From Schizochytrium sp. TIO01 (taxonomy: Eukaryota; Protista; Bigyra: Labyrinthulomycetes): a stretch of 64,000 bases of DNA. The DNA lies in assembly GCA_004764695.1 (NCBI GenBank), contig SMSO01000031.1:7732761-7796760 (forward strand). Direction: 5' to 3'. A model generated the notes under the pieces. The model worked only from the letters and a program-made list of their open reading frames with translations, made no database searches and had not been told where the DNA came from. The position numbers and the translations under genes are program-made. Within the stretch, counting starts at the first letter, position 1. Each line of letters opens with the position of its first letter. This document shows, piece by piece, positions 34,001 through 47,500 of this stretch.

Positions 34001-37000
34001 TCTAGATCAACTCCACGCAAATCCTATATATATACATTTGTTCATTAATCAAGATATATGCGTGTGTGCATACTCATTAACCTCGTCGCCAGACAGGTTG
34101 AGCGATGTAATGGAAACGGCCCTTAGCATTCTATCAAGTAAAACTCTATCGTATAACTGAAGCATCCTCAATCACATCATACACTTTACCTCTTTATATC
34201 TACCGATTATAATTTGACTGGAGCAATCCAGCGAATTTAATCGACCACCTTCTGCAAAGCTCGCCAAACTACTCTCTAGACTCCAGCAGTGCCACTCAGC
34301 ACCCAATGCATGAGCAATGTCTTCAACCCAAGATGCTATTCAACAGCACAAGGGAGGTGCCTCAGGGAAGCCAGCTAAGTAAAAGCACGCGTTCTTTTGC
34401 CTGCCACTACTATGGCTGTTTTATTTTGATGTGGATGGTGGTCCTATTGAGAAGGAATAATGAGGGGACGAGTGGGAAGATTGAGAGCAGAGCAATCCGT
34501 CGCATGCAAGACTCCGCTGACAACAATTTCGTCGGATTTATCACCACCAAGGCCATAGGTTTAATTAAAAGTGAAGACAGCTGCGTCAAGCCAATGTGAT
34601 TACCATCTTCAGCTTCGCCAGCTCTTCTCTGCACGACTCGCTAAGCAAGGTGACCGAAGCTTTTTCAGGCAAGTTAGCTTCATCTGCTGTCAGAATTTGT
34701 TTGTCTTCTTCGCCTTCCACGTTCCACTACTTCTTTCTTTGTTCTATTCTTCATCACAAACTGAGAACGCAAACATGGTCGGACGGAGGAAAGGCTGACG
34801 TCGGCGTGAAGGCGGAAAGAGCCGAAGAGATTGGCAGATAGGAAGAGACGACGAAGCCTTCAATGTTCAAGTGTTCTTTTTCCTTTTCTTTTTCTTTTCC
34901 TCTTTTTCCCCTTTTCTTCTTTATTTGCTCTTCTTTCTTCAGCTGTCAGTATCGGAAAGCAGTTGACTCAAACTGAAAGAAGAAATAAATGTAACAAATC
35001 TTAATTTTAATTCTTAATTTACTTTTAATTTAAAAAAAAAATAGAAATAAAAGGAACTTAAGTTTTCTTTGTTGCTTTGTTGACTACTTAGTTCTGTTTA
35101 TTTGATGCAAAATGCTTTAGTCTCGTCAAGGCGAATTTAAGGGTCACCTCCGACCCTTCTGCCATCAATTATACGACAGAGCATAACCATAGATAGTTCT
35201 CCCCATCCAAATACAAATATTTGTATATTTACATCATGATATAAAAAGTAAATTTAGAAAAAAGAGAAAAGTGAAAAAATAATAGCATGGTGATAGTAAC
35301 AATTCTTTCATACCAAAATAAAAACTCACTAACTAAGTAATTAACAAACCAACTGTATGTCGGTACTTGGTCAGAAAATCGCTTTTGCCCGCTTCCGTTG
35401 AGGGAACGCGCGGGGAATCGCTTCTGCAGCTTCGGCCTCCGCTGTTTGCAGATACGGTCTCCCTGAGGCACTAAGGCAGCTCCCTCCCTTCGTAGACCTG
35501 CAGCTGCTGCAGCTTCAGCGTCCGCGAGGCTTGAGCATCTCGCGAGGTTTCTGCAATTTGGCACTCGTTATTATTCATTATTATACTTTATACTGCTTTA
35601 TAAATAAAATTAAAAATTATAATAATGCATGCGCTTTCATGTCCCGACTCCATCAATCTCGAGGCGATGGATGGCGCGCTGACAGCAGACAGCTCCTGCA
35701 AAATCGCGATGCTTTTCGAAAGCGGCAGCGGCGGGTGTCGGGGCGGGGCTGGCCTGGGAGCAAAGGCCTCTGGGAGCGAGCGCAGCAATGAACCAGCGAG
35801 TCGAGGGAGCATCGAGAGGACAGCGAGGCTTGCATTTTCAATGGAGGGTGTGCACTCCCAGGAAAAGGCCCGAAAAAGACTGAACGGAGGTTTGCGCAAT
35901 GATAGTTAGAGCACACGAACATGAAAATTATTATTACTTGGCACCTTACCACTGCTAGCAATACGGGTAGATGCGCCCATAGCACCCGAAAGGAAAGAAG
36001 AAAAGGGCCTTTGTGGTAACTTCGCCGGCGGTGGCTATGTAATCCCTAGTATGTCGTAAGACTTTTATTTTAAAACTTTGCTATGATAAGATGAAACATA
36101 CCAAGTTATCTATTTTTATTTTTAATCTATTTTTTTTAAATATATGTATATAATGCATATGATACTATCGCTGCTTTGGTTTATTAAAATTATCATATTC
36201 TCACTTTTGGCTGTTGAGGGTTGTACGTACCATTACCACCGATAGCTGATGCTTCTTATATGAATAGGTAGCGAACAATGATTATTCGTAAGGAAAATGA
36301 GAAGAAGAGCAGTGCGACACAGCTTTGGAAAGCAATCAAAAGCTCTGCGAAGGCGAAGACAACATCATAGGAGGTGACTTTGAAGAACGGTGATGGACGT
36401 GGCCATAAACATTGGGCAAGCCGGGAAGAGAATGAATGATTGAATGATTGAATGAAGCAGAGCAGCAGAGCACTGGTTGAGAGCGAGGTTTGGTTTCCTG
36501 CATTTGCACCACGAGCACGATTTGCAGGGCAGAAGAGGGAACACGTTCGACACCCCAGTATGGTGTGCGGCGGAGGTAGCCAACACCATTTGGTGGCGTA
36601 TTTCGAGGCTTCTTTGGAAGCTCGCTGGATTGGATTCCCTTCGGAATTCAGTCTTGGGAGAGATACCTGTCTATCTTGAACCACACGCCATGAAACATAA
36701 ATCGCCCATTGAGAATTAATCTCATGAAGAACCACGAATCATGAATTCATGAACCGTGTTGACGATGATAGAATGTGATCAGATTCCTCGTATAGATAGC
36801 TATTCTGCTGCCCCGATCAGAGTTTGCTTGGACTGAATATGAGCAAAGTCGCAACAAACCTTGAAGCTGTGGCGTTAGATCCCGTTTGTGCACGCCAGAC
36901 ACTTGAATTCGATTGCGAAGTAAAAGAAAGTACGTTTGAGTTTCTGAAAATCAATCAAAATATAAAAATATGTACATATTTACAAACCAAACAAGTGGAC

Positions 37001-38746
37001 GAAACGAAAAAAAAAAATATTTTCTCAAAAAAGGTATGAAGCGGTGTTTATTGTTTTTGTTTGTTGTTTTTTTCCTATACCAATTTTTATTCTTTTCTTG
37101 AGACTTCCTTTACACATCATCTCATTTCAGCCGATTATTTTTCTGCGAGCTCTACATTGCTTTTAAAATGATTGTTTTTACAAAAATAAAAAATAAAAAA
37201 ACTGAGAGGATTAAAGCTTGATATATATGGCAATACCCGGGTACCTAGTTCTTCCAAATGAAACGAAGTCTCTGAAAACTATTTGATTCATTATTGTTAT
37301 TGTTATTGTTTAAAAGGGCTCTAAACAGGGCAGGTTTACAGTAGCAGGATCACCTTTGAAACATCTAAAATATGACTTTTGAGAAGCCCCATCAAACTCT
37401 GGATGGATTCTGTCTTTGTTTGACATGTTTGGTCTCCAGCCTCCAAGTTTCGAGAATTGCCAAAACGTTCAACACCTCGGATCACCAATAGGCCTTGCGC
37501 AAGTACTGAGTCGACGCAGAGTTCTACATTGAAATGAACTAATCCGAAAGAAATCTCATGTGACGCCCGCATTACGATGAGATTGTATTCCCCTGGGCGC
37601 AAGACGGATACGCTCTGAACAATAAGTTTTTTTTTTCTGAAGTGCGTAAAACCGAAGAAACAAACTCCTAAGCAATGAGGGTGTCGTGACGTCGGGAGTA
37701 GAACGCGAATAAGATGAACTCCGAGTCCAGCGAAACCTCGACTCGCGATGGCTGGTCCACGAAAACGAGAGCACTCGGTAGCTCTTGAGTTATCTGACGT
37801 GTTAGTTGTAGCCGAGCTTATGGTAGTACAGATGGTCGTTGTAAGGTTGTTCCATTGTTTAATTGGTGAACCATTACCGATGGACTGAGAGTGGAATAAC
37901 ATAGTCAGCGCCAAAGAAAGTATCAACATTCGTCTCAAAACTAGGCTCTGTCCGAGGGTCGCTGAGCTTTGAACCAATTTGCAACAGCTGCTGGCGCCCA
38001 AGGGTGAACAGAATGTCATCGGAGAGTGGGAAGACGCTGAAGTAATAAGCCGATCATTGCAGCGGAGGGTAGAGCCCTTGTTCGCAAGCATTTCCCGAAT
38101 CACCTTCGTCGAAGCTTCGAGGTGTTAGTATGACAGAATGGGCGCATGCTATTACTTGTTTGACTACTACGTACTGAGACTGACCTGGGGGAAGACCAAA
38201 AAAATACTGTCTGACCATCTCACCCTCCCTGAGGGAGAGCTTCGCATTTCTCGCATCCTAAGCTATCGAACTTGAAAGGCTGCTTTCTTTTCATCGAATT
38301 GTGGTTGTACCTAGGTGAGGAAATTGACCCTCGTGAGCAGTTTTAGAGGCCTCAACCAGCCCACTTCGCTGTGATTGAGGCACTTTCCAAGAAAACAGAG
38401 CGTGTAGCAGACTTTTACGATATGATCTTCGAGTTCTATGAAATCCGGACGCCAATAAGTACAAATTGCCTTAGAGATTTAAAGCGCCAAGAAACGTTGA
38501 ACCGATCATGAAGTACCTCTAATATTGTCATCTTTCTCCTCTCAAGGTGCTCGCTCAGATGTAGAGCATATTGAATTTCTGATTCATTGCTAATAATCGA
38601 ATGCTCTGGTTCTTGTGTGCAATGCGCAGATTAACCACTTTATTATCATTTGTGCGAGAGCCTGCATCTCAAAGCATACAGGTAGGCCTAGAAAGAGTTA
38701 CTACGTGGAGTCCCGAGACACGAGTGAGAGCAATATTATTAATATA

Positions 38747-41700
38747 TTAACGCTTCAAATGGCAGACTCGAGCATACGCCAACCATGTGAGCATACGAAC
38801 TATAATGTTGAAAGCTATTAGTGCGTAAATGCATGTGTTGACATCATTGCTTGAAAAGCCAAAGGCCTTTTTTACGTAGTCCCAAGCGGTTCCTCCAGTG
38901 ACAAGGGTTGAGCAACCAGGGTTAGTTTCGACGCTAGGATCATCGCAAGCCATTTGGGCGACAGTGAGGGCATTAAACACAAATCTAATAGGATCTGTGC
39001 ATGTGAGCCAATACCAAGTGTCTGGAATATCTCGAACAGCAATGGTCAAGCCAGCAGACATAGACCAAAGGCCTGCTGAAAGAGCTCCAAGTACTGTCGC
39101 TACTTGCTGATTTCTAGCAACAGATGCCAAAAAGTGGCCCCAGTACGTCGCTGCCATCTGGAATAAGAGGAAAATAATCCAGAACTCAAAGAATGCTACT
39201 GTGTCACGCCAGAGGTACACTACGTTGTAAAACACTGGCACAAAGAGAAGCTGAGCAACGCGCATTAGACAGAGCAACGAGATGAGAATTGTTTGATCGT
39301 TTGCGTATTCACAATACATCAGGTTAAAAAACAGAAAAGGCCACGTCAGATATATTAAATTCCTACTATATATTTTCACGAACGAGCAAGACCGAACTTA
39401 CACTGGCAAAAATGAGAAAGGGTAGCTCTGCAATTGTTGTAGCGAATACCATCGGGAAAACCGAATAGAATCCAGCAGCGCGCTCACGATAAAAGGACGC
39501 TCTCTCCTCCATGATGCTAGGAATAACCGTATTAATGCCAATTACACCCATGACAACGGTTGACGTGTAAATGAGTCCAACAAAACTTTGAACATCTTGA
39601 GTACTTGACATACTTTCCCCCCTGTGTTTTAGAAGGTTCGATTGCACATATTTAGAGTTAAAAAGAGAGAGAGCAGATACGATGTTAGCAAATCCTTCTT
39701 CACATTCACATGTTTAGGAGCAAGAACAAACTTACATTTTGAAAAACGAGAAGCCAAACAAGCATGACACGAAAATGGCTATAATGAAACGTGTCGTGTT
39801 ATACCCAGAGTTTCGCCAGTATCCACGGAGCCAGCGCAAAAGCAACTGGTGCAATTGCATTTGCAAGCTGCTTGCCTGCATGCTATGGAATACAACCTGA
39901 GGTCGATTCAGTCTATTATCCTCTAGTAGCTGAGCAATTTTGTTTTTGTTGTCACCATATAGCTCACTAGTTTGGTACTCTTTGGCGTAATCCACCGCAA
40001 CACCATCGTTTGAGCACCCAGCACCGATCACATCCAGCATGTAATTCGCTGGATTATAACGAGGATTCGGCATGGGTGGCGAACCTGGAATACGCTGAAG
40101 ATATTCGAGAATGGATTTTGCTTTGGCGCCTAATTCGCCAAAATAAACAGTCTCACCGCCTCGGCGGAGCAGCAAAAGGTGATCAAATTTGAAGAAAATG
40201 TCCTTGGAAGGTTGATGAATGGTGCACACCACAGTGCGGCCTGATCGTGCGATTTTTTCCAGACCATCAACAATCAAACGGGCTGAACGAGCATCAAGAC
40301 CAGAGGTAGGCTCATCCGCAAAAACAATGGCCGGGTTCGCAGCAAGCTCGACACCAATCGTCAGGCGTTTGGCTTGCTCTGTGTTAAGTCCACCTGACTG
40401 CTTAAACCCAATCATGAAATCGCGGATCGCCTGCAATTGCAGCATCTCGATGATGTTCTCAACAAACTCATGCTTCTTCTCTGAGCTTACGGATTTTGAC
40501 TGCCGAAGCATAGCTGAAAACAGCAATGCTTCATATACTGTTGCGGTGGGACTGTGAATGTCATTCTGCTCAACATATCCAATAACTCGAGAAAATGAAG
40601 TTGATTCCTGGGGTCGCCCGTTTACAAATACATTTCCTCGAATTTTGCCTCCTGTTTTGCGCAAAGCTAAGACATCGAGTAGAGTCGATTTACCAGCACC
40701 ACTGCTTCCCATAAGGGCCGTCATGGTACCAGCCTTGGCAAAACCAGAAATGTCTTTCAGAAGATCTAGATTGTAATGTCCTTTAGGGTCCTCTGGTCCT
40801 TGGACAGAATAAGACAAGCCTTCAAAGACTAGATCAACGGGCGCAAAGCTGGAGTCACCAAATGATTGCGAACTTGAAGTGATTTCGACTGCAATATCTT
40901 CGTTAGGCGTGGGAGCAAGTTTTGCCGTCTTTACCGGCTCTGAAAGATTGCTCCCCATGTGAGAATCTTCTTGGGTTTGGCACATAAATGAAGCGCGATC
41001 TTGCAAAATGTTCTCCACCTCTACTACGTCTGGATTCCCAGTGTCCTCTGCGTCTGGGGACAACTTTGTTTGACGGGTTGTTGTTTCATGACGAAAGACC
41101 TGATAGCTGATCATACTCATGCTCATATTCAAGAAGATAAATCCTATTAGAATCACATACCCGGCCCAAATATAGTTCTCATCAAAGTCCAGGTCAAAGA
41201 AATTTAAGGCAAAAGCCCTCTGTTCTTCGGTGAAAGCAGTGGACCCAAAAATAATCATCATGGCAGAGCGATAAGCCCATGCAAGAGGCGAAAGCCAAAA
41301 GATCCATTCAAACCATACTGGCATAGTGGATTTAGTGATAATGTATCCACTATATAGGATGGTGCACGCAAGTGAAATGCCTGCGCACCCTTGAGCGGCA
41401 GCTGCTGATGGTGCGGTGGCTGCAATCAGACGCAGAAAAGAACTAAATGAGATGTTCTGCACAATCATGAGCAAAATAAAGTAAATATAGCGGACACCAC
41501 AATCGGATTCCTGCGTAATTGCATCCTTAGCTGTAGGCACAATACCTGACAACCAAAATACAAGAGTACCAAGGATAATCGACTCGATGATTGATGTCGG
41601 TGAGGTTGCAATTGTCTCGCTCATAACATAATTGCAGGTGCGGAAAAAGTAACCTCCACTTTGTTTGTAATAGACCGGTCTGTATTGCAGCACCAAAGGG

Positions 41701-43625
41701 ATTTGAGCTAGGCCAGCAAGTGTGGACTGAAGAATTGTGGAGAACACGACGCCATAGCGCTGTGTAATCGGCTTATAACTTTGCGTTGCAAAAGAAGTGG
41801 GCAAATGGGGGTCTATGTTGAGAAACATCGTACCAAGAAACACACCCATGACCAACGAAGCAAGAACTCGAGCCCTGAAAAAAGCTGGGTCGCGGAATAA
41901 GAGCTTTAGATGACGATTCAACACAATTTTAAACTCTTTGGTGCACGGATTCGCGTATGTTGGTGCGCGTGAAGAATAGTGCGTTTCGCGCATCGACGAG
42001 TCTTGTTTGTTGCTGGTATTGGTCCAGTACACAGTTACACTGCGCTTTGGCTCTGAATAAGGTGAGCTGCGCCATGCTTCTGCTAAAGCCTCCTCACTAT
42101 TTGGTGCATCGGGATCTGTCTGGTATTTCTTTCGAGCAGGTGTTGTGACTTCTTGAATGAAATCAGCAATATCACAATCAAAAGGACAATCAAAGCCAAT
42201 GCTAGAAAAGTACGGCAGGACATCCTCTCTGGGGCCATGAAAGACAATATGGCCAAGAGCCATGATAAGTATTTCATCAAAAAGTTCATATACCTCAGGC
42301 GGTGGCTGCAACAGAGCGACAGCTACTGTATGGTTGAGGTTTTTCGCGATTGAAGTGATCCGGCGGCATATATCGTATGTTGTTGCACTGTCCAGGCCTG
42401 TAGAGATTTGGTCATAAAACTCGACTGGTCGCTGAGCCATCATCATTTCTGCAGTTGTAACCCGCTTCCGTTCGCCCCCGGAGACTCCTCGCAGCAGCTC
42501 ATTTCCTACAACTGTATCTGCAGCACGCTCGAGGCCGATATTGGAAATAATAAAGTCTGGATATTTCTCGAGGTATTCTTGAAGGCGAGCCACATCCTCC
42601 TGAGTTCCGCAGCGCGATGTGCGAAATGATTTCATCTCTGCTTCTGCTCCACCAAAGCAGTCATAAGCAAAAGACAGGGTTTCGCGCACGGAAAGAACTG
42701 CAGTATGCATATCTACCTGATCGATGTATGAGGTAAGCTTGCCTACCTGAACTTCTTTGCTTGTGAAGCCTGAGTAGTATACCTCGCCGCTTTGTTTAAC
42801 TCGAGCTGAAGACCTGGCGCGAGCACTAAGAAGTTTAAAGAGCGTTGTGACGCCGCAGCCCGGAGGTCCAAGCACAAGTATTGGCTTTCCGGCCTCAAAA
42901 GTAGTTGAGATGTTCCGAATAATCGGCAACTGAATACGTTGGGCCTCCGCTCGTGTGACAAAATCGACAATCGGTCTGATAAACCGATACATTGTTGAAG
43001 CAACATTAGGAATTCCAACGTCAGCACCAGGCACACTGACTGTATATGAAAGATCTCGAAACGAAATATTCACCGGCCACGTTTGGTTGCCTCGAACACG
43101 TTGCATGATTGCAGAAAGGCTGATTCCAGTAAGCGTGCGATTCAAGAATTTTTCATCCGTGCCACCTTCTGAAGTCGAGCGAAGGAACCCAGCACGGAAA
43201 AGCCTACCAATCAGTGCTACATCGTCTTGTTTGAGGGACACAGAAACATCCGTGTTTTCGAGACCTGCATCGTGTTGTTGCTTAATGTTGAGCTCCAGAC
43301 GGTCAAGCAGCTCCCGAACTTCCTGCGCATCTTGTTCAGTAGGCTGTACTCTATCTCCAGTCGATGAGTCGTCAAGAGATGAGACTGATGTTCTCTCAAT
43401 ATCAGAATTATTGTCTTCAGTGGGACTGAGGTCTTGCGAGACTGTTGAATTTGAGTCCGTCGCACTAGTTCTCTTCGTAACTTCTACAATGTAGTCACTA
43501 GACGAGGGTTCCAGCTCTAGTTGATCACAATCTCCATCAGAGACAGATGTATGCACGGAGCACTCATCTGTGAGGCGCTCTTCATCTTGCGGTGCTCTGC
43601 CATCCGCTGTGTTATCAGGCAGCAT
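38747..43625 (-). CDS. Full-size PDR-type ABCG transporter, copy 2; 3 exons 43625-39736, 39621-39402, 39250-38747; 1537 aa
   Basis: Same PDR motifs. Introns 39735-39622 (GTAAG..CAG, phase 2) and 39401-39251 (GTAAGT..CAG, phase 0) join three track ORFs into a product collinear with copy 1 (FFKMGESMSSTQDVQSFVG; FASLLFVPVFY), ending HLKR*. Confidence 0.92.
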
Positions 43626-44370
43626 TGCGACTCAATGCAATGCTTCGTCCAATTTCTTCGTGGCAAGCTCGGGCTTGCTCTCCGTCACTTCCCAATCGTC
43701 TTGCATGCGGTCTCCGCCGACTCGATTCGGGTTTGCCGAGACCTGCTCGCTTTCCCTGAGAAGTCAGAACCAATCCACTTCAATCAACTTTTCAGTCCAG
43801 CACGCCTTACATCCACACCAGTTATGCCTCACTCTACCACGCAGCACGCATCCTTACTTACCAAGTGCTATATCCCCTCTGTCGAGCAGGCAAAAAGCAC
43901 CATCAGCACCACCCCCACGCCAGCCATTTCTTTCGCAGCTGCTCTTTGTGGCGCATGGTCCTCACGAACTCTTCGTCTTCGCTGCATTGACTCTCTTCCT
44001 TCCTTCCTCCCTTTCTTCCCAACTAATTTGCTGCCGCTCTTTTGGTACTTACAGCTCCCGCCTCTTCTTCCACATCATCGTGCTTGCGTACCCCGGGGGG
44101 ACAGCCTCCGAGCGTCCTTCCACAGCACGTGAATCAACGACTGTGGTTGCAGGGCCGAGCCAGAGGAGAGAGGCCTTCCTTCGATGGGGGCTTCCGCTTC
44201 TTTCTCCCTCCGCCCAGTTTGATTGTGATGTACATGCATGTATGTATACACGTGTGTATGTATGTTATGTTCTGTTATGATATGCATACAAGTCAGGTAT
44301 AAAGAAGGTATGGAGGGCGAACCGGCGTGAGATGGGCGAGGAGAACTTTTGCTTTAAATGTACGTCAAGC

Positions 44371-44500
44371 CATTTGGTTTCATTTGGTTTCATTTGGTTT
44401 CATTTGGTTTCATTTGGTTTCATTTGGTTTCATTTGGTTTCATTTGATTTCATTTGACTTGATTTGATTTCATTTGATTTCATTTGACTTGATTTGATGT
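44371..44500. repeat. 10-bp minisatellite (CATTTGGTTT)7 followed by a 30-bp higher-order unit x2
   Basis: Seven perfect units at 44371-44440, then (CATTTGATTT CATTTGACTT GATTTGAT[T/G]T) x2. Confidence 0.95.
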
Positions 44501-47500
44501 CAGTTGCTTTCAGGTCAAGTCGTGTCGTGGAGGGAACTGATTGAGGGGCGTAAGGCCTTGGCTCGCTCAGCATGTTCTGCGGAGCCATGGCCTCGCCAGT
44601 CGGCCAATCGGGCGCGCGTTGCTTCGGCCCATCATCCACGAGTTGGTGTGCTGCTTTACCATCGCGAGACTGCGAAACGGGACTTTCCACACAGCCCAGC
44701 CTTTAACAGGTTTGCAAACCTGCCACTGATTATCGATTTATCTATTCAGGAAGTGGGTCGAAGTGCAATTTCGATGGCTGCAACTTGCTTGCTTGCTTGC
44801 TTGCTTGCTTTACAGCGCGTATCTTCTTCACGCTGCGAAAGGCGAGCCTGAAATCGGGCGACGCAAGGCGTCGGTGTAAGCTCCAGCCAAGCTTGCTCGA
44901 GCTCAACAGCTCCTTCGCCGCAATCCAAAGGCAGGCGGCCCCGCCTGAACCAGCGCGTGCCAATTTTGAATGAGGCCTCTTCGTTCCCGCGGCCTCAGGT
45001 CTTCTAAGCGGCTGGCTCGAGATTGTTCTTCGTGGCCTGCTCGTTACGCGAGGCCTGAGATTGGCTGGCTGGCAGGCAGGTTCAGCGTTCACTTGGATCG
45101 CAGCTGTGGAAAACGCCCACAGCTGGTGTACTCGAGTACCCCGCGCAAGTGCTGGCTGGCTAGAGCGAGAGAATATAGCTGCAAGGAGCACGCCTTTCAG
45201 ACGTGGGCAAAGGCGACGACGATGAGCTAGCTATCTAGCTAGCTAGCTTGGAGCTGAGGTTCTGAAACTCAGGGGTTAGAAATCGGGTTGAAGTTCAAGG
45301 CGGGTCTTGGCCGCGGCCAACAAACGCAGAGCCTGCGGCCTCGAGCAGGAGACGGACGTCCTGGCTCGACGGACAGCTGTTGTTTTCGTGTCCTTTTCCT
45401 TTTTCTTTTTTGAAAAGAAAAAATTTGAAGACTCGCTCGCAGGCTCTTCTTTCTTCGGGCGGCGGCGATGCAGGCATGCCGAGGAAGAAGGAAACCCAAC
45501 TCAAACCAACCCGGAAGCTCCTCTCTTCGAAAGGCGAGCCTGAAAACTGAAAGTCTCAAGTTGGGGACGAAGACCTTCAAGCCCGAAGTTGAGCTTGAAG
45601 TTAAGCGAGAAGGGACTTGAGGGCTGAAGTTATTTCGCATCGTTCTCGTGTGTCCATGGCGAGTCATGCCAACCCTCAGTTACTCATAATGTTCAACCGG
45701 GCGGTAGCTGTTGCTATGCGAAGGGATACCCACAGCCCCAGGTTTTTAGATCCTATGTTTGTGTTTCTCCCAAAAAAGGCTGTCGAAAGAGCACTTGAAT
45801 GACCCCCAAGCGATGATGTGATGATAAAGCGGTGAAGCGGTACGAGAAGCAGGCGCTCGAGCTTAGACGGCCATAAACGGAGGCGTCCTGGACAACCTTT
45901 CAAGACGTGTGGTGGTTCTTTTCCTCCGCCACAAGCAGTTAATTCATGGAGCAGCAGGAGAATTAAGATCCTGTCACGCTGTTTTTCGAGGTTTACAAAT
46001 TGACAAGCGCGGAAGTGAAAAAAAAACAAAAAAAACAAAAAACAAAACACTGAAGTTTGACAGTACGTTGATGGAGGGCCTAGTTTGCAGAACAAGCCGT
46101 CCATGCAGCCTGTAAACTCTGCCGAACCGGGCCCGCTAGCCAGCCTGGTCGTACGATTCAGCGAACCGACCTTTCTATGGGCGTAGCACATCTCTACTGT
46201 TCAATACAGAGCTTGCGAATGCAGGGATCTTCCTTTCACGAGACAGGCTCTCGCTCTTATTATCTGTTGGAAGTGGGACGTTTTCTTCTCGTCATTTACC
46301 TTTTATGTTTTTTACTATTTTTTGAGATCGATCACGATAGGCATTACCGGTTCAAGGGGTACGCGGTGCAGTCCTAGCGTAAATGATAGATGGGCCTTAT
46401 GGGTGGTCCTATTCTGGCTACAGCACGAAAGGTGTGCGAAAGAGAGCAATTACGGCACCTTTCCTCAACGCGAGTCTCTCAAAACAACAAAAAACAAAAA
46501 CAGAAAGAAAGGAAAGGAAAGGAAAGTGGAAACGATCGACCTCAAAGAGTTTGCGGATCTTTGTTTGAGAGACTATGGCGGACTTGGAATAGAGCACGAA
46601 GCGAAATCACGATGCGAAGCCACAAAAGCTCTGGTTCTTCAGAGAAGTATTGCCTTTTTGAAGAGGCAGTGGAGTCTAGCGAAACCTTCAAGTTGGGTGG
46701 TTTCCACTGAAGCTTGAGGTGGTTTTGGTCAAAGCACTGGTGAATGCACATTTTACAACACTAGAGGGATTTACTCTAGTTCTGGACAGTTATGGATCAT
46801 CGTGGACGATGCCTACGTAGGAGGTACTTGAAAATACTGCTACATCACATCACATCACACTAACACACTAAGACACTAAGACACTAAGAGGAAAAGCATG
46901 ACAGAGGAGGCCCCAGCGAAAACGAAGAGACCTTTTGCGCATGCAAGCGTCATTAAATTAATGTCGCGAACAGGACGAAATGAGTCGACGAAAGAGAAGC
47001 TAGATCTCAGTTGAAACACACGTAATCTGTGCCTCATGCCAACTGCAATTGAAAGCAGCGTAGAGAAAACGAATGGTGCGTTGAGGAAGCGAGTTTGCAA
47101 GTACCCACAATTATACAGGCAGGTAGATAGCGCCCACTGAGGAGACAGATGTACACAGTAGTACCGCAACGGCGAATCTTACTCTGCAATGATTGTGATA
47201 CTTATAATTCTTTGATTCCAATCTACCAACACGATAAGAAGATCTCTGCTTTCGGGATTACGTTGACGAAGCTGTGACGCGTGTAAGCAGTTTTCACGTC
47301 ATGGTTAGTTTTTGAGCGCCTGAAGGTTTTCATGTTTAGATTCTAGATCTATCCAAAGAACCTACGCATTCAGTGAGCGCCGCTTAATTTCAACTGCCTC
47401 GCCAGGGACGGTGATATCACTTTGTACATATATAATTAACTACCACGCCAAAGAAGGTTATGCTCATGAGTACAAAAGGTACAATTTACAAACTCTGAAA

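Noticed and set aside
44371-44500. CRISPR-like array
   Set aside because: Contiguous units with no unique spacers, and no cas genes.
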